From an uncultured Thermoleophilaceae bacterium (GTDB taxonomy: Bacteria; Actinomycetota; Thermoleophilia; Solirubrobacterales; Thermoleophilaceae): a stretch of DNA of 64,000 nucleotides. A program made the translations under genes and the position numbers. Location of the stretch: assembly GCA_963819635.1 (NCBI GenBank), contig CAWFWX010000008.1, positions 26,595 to 90,594 on the forward strand, written 5' to 3'. The notes under the pieces are model-generated. The model had not been told where the DNA came from, ran no database searches, and was given only the letters and a program-made list of their open reading frames with translations. Position 1 is the stretch's first letter. Each line of letters begins with the position of its first letter. Shown in pieces: positions 60,658 through 64,000 of the stretch.

Positions 60658-61725
60658 GTGCCCTTCAGCCGGAAGCTCTCCGGTGGAATAGCACTGGCGC
60701 TTGGATGTGTGTTGGTCTTTTCCGCCCCAGTCGCCGCCGGCCCCAAGGTCGCGGCAGTCCAGGTCGCACTGAAGCGACTAGGTCTCTATAACGCCACGGT
60801 CGACGGAGTCAGAGGTCCGATGACCAAGTCGGCGATCGCCACCTTCCAGCGCCGCCGCGGGCTGTCGGTTGACGGCGTCGTCGGCCCGCAGACGCGCCGC
60901 GCGTTCGGCAAGCGCGGCCGGCCCGCGTTCGGCAGCCGGACGATGAAGCTCGGCGCCCGCGGCTGGGACGTCGCCGCCATGCAGTACATCCTCGCCCGCC
61001 GCGGCTACCCGCCCGGCGCGATCGACGCGGTCTTCGGCCCGATGACCGCCACGGCCCTGAGGAACTTCCAGGGGGCGTTCGGGCTGTCGGCCGACGGTCT
61101 CGCGGGTCCCCAGACGATCTCGGCGCTGCGGCGCGGGAAGGCATCGAGGGGGACGCCCGGCAGCACCACTCCCGTCAGCGGGCCCGTGCGGCTCCTTCGG
61201 CCGGTGCCCGGACCGCTCGGCGACCGCTTCGGCGCGCCGCGCGAGGGCAGCCGGACACACACCGGCCTCGACTTCCCGGTCCCGGCGGGCACGAGAGTCG
61301 GCGCCGCCGGCGTGGGCGTGACCGAGTTCGCGGGCTGGAACTCGGGCGGCTACGGGAACCTGGTGGTGGTGCGCCACCGGCTCGGCTACACCACCTGGTA
61401 CGCCCATCTCTCCTCGATCACCACATGGGTGGGCGAGAGCGTGAGCGGAGGCACACGGCTCGGCTACGTGGGCTCGACCGGCCACTCGACCGGCCCGCAC
61501 CTGCACTTCGAGCTGCGGAAGAACGCAGTGCCGATCGACCCGTTCCCGTACCTGCTGCAGGCAGTGGCGACGAGGGCCAGCAGCAACGGTGGCGCGGGAG
61601 CGCCGAACGGCAGCACCGGAGGCGGGGTGGCCGCGCGCGCCTGCCCGATCCGCGAGCCGCTCGTCCGTTACAAGAAGGCACCGCTCGACGCCTGCCGTGC
61701 GAAGAACCTGACACGCGCCCGCTAA
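60658..61725 (+). CDS. secreted peptidoglycan-binding (2 x PG_binding_1) M23 family metallopeptidase
   Basis: Signal peptide. GLSVDGVVGPQTRRAF and GLSADGLAGPQTISAL. HTGLDF...YAHL...GSTGHSTGPHLHFEL. Confidence 0.8.
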   Translation: MPFSRKLSGGIALALGCVLVFSAPVAAGPKVAAVQVALKRLGLYNATVDGVRGPMTKSAIATFQRRRGLSVDGVVGPQTRRAFGKRGRPAFGSRTMKLGARGWDVAAMQYILARRGYPPGAIDAVFGPMTATALRNFQGAFGLSADGLAGPQTISALRRGKASRGTPGSTTPVSGPVRLLRPVPGPLGDRFGAPREGSRTHTGLDFPVPAGTRVGAAGVGVTEFAGWNSGGYGNLVVVRHRLGYTTWYAHLSSITTWVGESVSGGTRLGYVGSTGHSTGPHLHFELRKNAVPIDPFPYLLQAVATRASSNGGAGAPNGSTGGGVAARACPIREPLVRYKKAPLDACRAKNLTRAR

Positions 61726-61748
61726 CGAGCGGCCCACGAGCCCACGGC

Positions 61749-61785
61749 GTTGCAGTTAGCCGCGCAATAGGCGGCAAAGTGCAAC
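61749..61785. terminator. nested hairpin GTTGCA-gtta-GCCGC-gcaatag-GCGGC-aaag-TGCAAC between convergent genes
   Basis: Read directly from the sequence. It has the same outer stem / 4-nt internal loop / inner stem layout as the 45-bp palindromes, and no U-tract. Confidence 0.25.
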
Positions 61786-61840
61786 CGCGTGGCCGAGGGC
61801 GCACCCTCAATGCCGCCGTTCGCCGGCGCCAGCGAAGCGG

Positions 61841-63214
61841 CTACGAGGACTCGGACGTCGAGGACCCGCGCGCCATCGCTCGCAAATCGAGGGCCTTGTC
61901 GAGCGTCTCCTCGTCCACGCCCTTCTCGATCGCCACCTCGCGGATCGTCCGGGCCGACTTCACCGCCTCGTTCACGATCTCGGTGCCGAGGTCGTAGCCG
62001 ATGTACGGGTTCAGGGCCGTGGCGATCGCCGGGGTCGACTCCGCGTTCCGGCGCAGGCTCTCCTCGTTCGGCTCGACGCCGTCGATGACCTTCTCCGCCA
62101 GCAGCCGGCTCGCCGAGGTCAGGAGCGTGATCGAGTCGAACACGTTGCGCGCCATCATCGGCACGCGCACGTTCAGCTCGAAGTTGCCCTGCGTCCCCGC
62201 GACCGTCACCGCGACGTCGTTCCCGATCACCTGGGCCGCCACCTGGAGCACCACCTCGGGGATCACCGGGTTGACCTTCCCGGGCATGATCGACGAGCCC
62301 TTCTGCAGCTCCGGGAGCCGGAGCTCGGCGAAGCCGGTGCGCGGCCCCGAGCCCATCAGTACGAGGTCCTGGGCGATCTTGGTCAAAGACACCGCGACAC
62401 CCTTCAATGCCCCGTGCAACTCAACCAGGCCGTCCCTGTTGGCCTGCGCCTCGAAGGGGTCGAGCGGTGGCGACCCAAGGCCCAGGCGAGAGCGGACGCG
62501 CTCGGCGAACTCCGGGTGCGTGTTCAGCCCGGTTCCGGTGGCGGTGCCGCCCAGCGGGATCTGGGCGGCGCGCTGAAGAGAGTCGCGTATCGCGGTCGTG
62601 CCCGAGCTGGATCTGGGCGGCGTAGCCGCCGAACTCCTGCCCGAGGGTGACGGGAACAGCGTCCATCATGTGAGTGCGCCCCGCTTTGACCAGATCGGCG
62701 AAGTCGTCGCTCTTTCGTGCCAAAGACGTGGTCGAGTTGTCTGCAGGGATGGCAGGAGCTCCTGCTGGACTGTGTCGACCGCCGCCAGGTGCACCGCGGA
62801 CGGGAACACGTCGTTCGACGACTGGCCCATGTTCACGTGGTCGTTCGCGTGCACGCCCTCGCCGGCGAGGTTCGCGATGACCTCGTTGGCGTTCATGTTC
62901 GAGGAGGTGCCCGAGCCGGTCTGGAAGACGTCGATCGGGAACTGGTCGTCGTGCTGGCCCGCGGCGACCTCGTCGCCGGCCGCGGCGACCCGCTCGGCGA
63001 TCTCGCCGTCGAGCAGCCCGAGCTCGGCGTTCACCCTCGCGGCCTCGGCCTTGATGCGACCGAGCCAGCGCACGACCGGCGTCGGGACGCGCTCGCCGGA
63101 CACGGGAAAGTTCGCGATGGCCTTCGTGGTCTCAGACCCCCAGAGCTCCTGCTGAACCGCCAATCCATCTCCTCGGTAGCTGTCACTGCAAGCGTACCGG
63201 CGCGGATTTCGCAC
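61841..63214 (-). pseudogene. aspA: aspartate ammonia-lyase (class II fumarase/aspartase family), about three to four frame changes
   Basis: GSSIMPGKVNPVIPEVV signature (aspartase-type) in ORF 61841..62419. [17 protein letters not shown] in 62421..62723. [17 protein letters not shown] and GQSSNDVFP in 62666..63214. Confidence 0.75.
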
Positions 63215-63290
63215 AGGGTTCGGCGCCGAACCGGTGCATTCGCCGCGCTACGCGGGCGGCGCGGTCGCTTCCGTGTTGTGATCGCTCAGC

Positions 63291-63809
63291 GTGACCGCTC
63301 TCATTCGGATCGACCGGTCGTGGGCGCCGCAAGGCGAGGGACGGCCAAAGCCGATTCGCTTCTGCTCACGCTGCGGGCACCCCGCGGAGGACCCGCCGGG
63401 GCGACCGGAGCTGCGCAAGCGCGTCTGCGACCGCTGCGGCATGGGGATGATCCTCACCTGTCCGCGCGACGCGCTGCCCGGTGAGGCGGCGGCCTTCCTC
63501 ATCCTCGACTACGAGCTCCACGTGAGCGCCGTCAGCGAGGCCGGTGAGCGCTTCTTCGGCAACGAGAAGCAGCTGATCGGGACCAGCCTGCTCGACCTGG
63601 TCACGTGCCCGCTCGGCGACGATCAGCTCGCGCGCAGCGCGAGCGTGGCCGCTCAGCGAGCCTGCGACCCGACGGTCATGCCGGTGCGCCTCGTGAAGCC
63701 GACCGACGCCGCCGGCGCGATCGGGACGCTGGCCGCCCGGATCGCCACCTGCGGGCCGCCGCGAGCCGCACTTCTCACGGTCGAACCGAGCGAGTTCGGG
63801 CGTCGCTGA
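63291..63809 (+). CDS. hypothetical protein with N-terminal CxxC...CxxC zinc-ribbon-like motif and a PAS-like C-terminal part
   Basis: FCSRCGHP...VCDRCGMGMIL, then FLILDYELHVSAVSEAGERFFGNEKQLIGTSLLDLV. Confidence 0.4.
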   Translation: MTALIRIDRSWAPQGEGRPKPIRFCSRCGHPAEDPPGRPELRKRVCDRCGMGMILTCPRDALPGEAAAFLILDYELHVSAVSEAGERFFGNEKQLIGTSLLDLVTCPLGDDQLARSASVAAQRACDPTVMPVRLVKPTDAAGAIGTLAARIATCGPPRAALLTVEPSEFGRR

Positions 63810-64000
63810 AGCCTGAGCGGCTGTGCAAGAACGACTGCACGAGTTGCGCAACATCTGATGAGCGGGCAGAAACTTGCCTCAAGTTGCTCGCGCTACGACC
63901 GAAAACCTGTGCAAGAGCGCAGGCCTGCCCCAACAGGGGGGCCTGACGTGGGAAGTAATGGCGGGACAGTTCTGCGATTCACCCGGGACGGAGGCGACGT

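Overview
This is a high-GC chromosomal window from an Actinomycetota-like genome. The protein motifs resemble Thermoleophilia/Solirubrobacterales-type genomes, but the taxon is inference only.

The window splits into three zones:

- **Zone 1 (1-19.3 kb).** It holds recognisable genes: a translationally coupled ECF sigma/ogt pair, a nitrilase-family gene, asnB, DUF559, HhH-GPD and a roughly 900-aa secreted beta-helix protein. It also holds a ~9.7 kb island integrated at tRNA-Arg(ACG). The island is bounded by 48-bp exact direct repeats and carries a tyrosine integrase, a MalT/LuxR regulator, two DUF1254/DUF1214 genes, two CMD genes, a ZIP transporter and a GFA gene. Nearly every gene in this zone needs several frame changes to be read.
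- **Zone 2 (19.3-61.8 kb).** This is essentially intact housekeeping DNA. It includes thiI, a MetE-like gene, galT, an SF2 helicase and birA. A co-linear ccmABC(D)-hemA-hemC-cobA/hemD block lies here, with sirC-moaC-mogA upstream. Further genes are rarA, ftsH, mce, an unusual hydrolase/membrane-Mur-ligase/ddl-like/ddl operon, ychF, a GlxA/DJ-1 pair, SpoIID, a hydrolase-cyclase fusion, alsS-like/gabD and an M23 peptidase.
- **Zone 3 (61.8-63.2 kb).** aspA is again frameshifted.

There are three tRNAs: Ser-GCT, Arg-ACG and Arg-CCT. I found no rRNA, no CRISPR array and no recognisable defence island.

I see no self-contained, clearly novel multi-gene system. The most unusual things are:

- a GGGGTC-N-GACCCC palindromic repeat that sits in-frame inside hemC and recurs at the gabD stop codon;
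- a 45-bp nested-palindrome repeat family with two copies;
- the tRNA-Arg island and its duplicated DUF1254/DUF1214-CMD cargo;
- the atypical ddl/Mur-ligase operon;
- the sharp boundaries between indel-dense and clean sequence.

All similarity calls come from motif recognition by eye. No database search was run.
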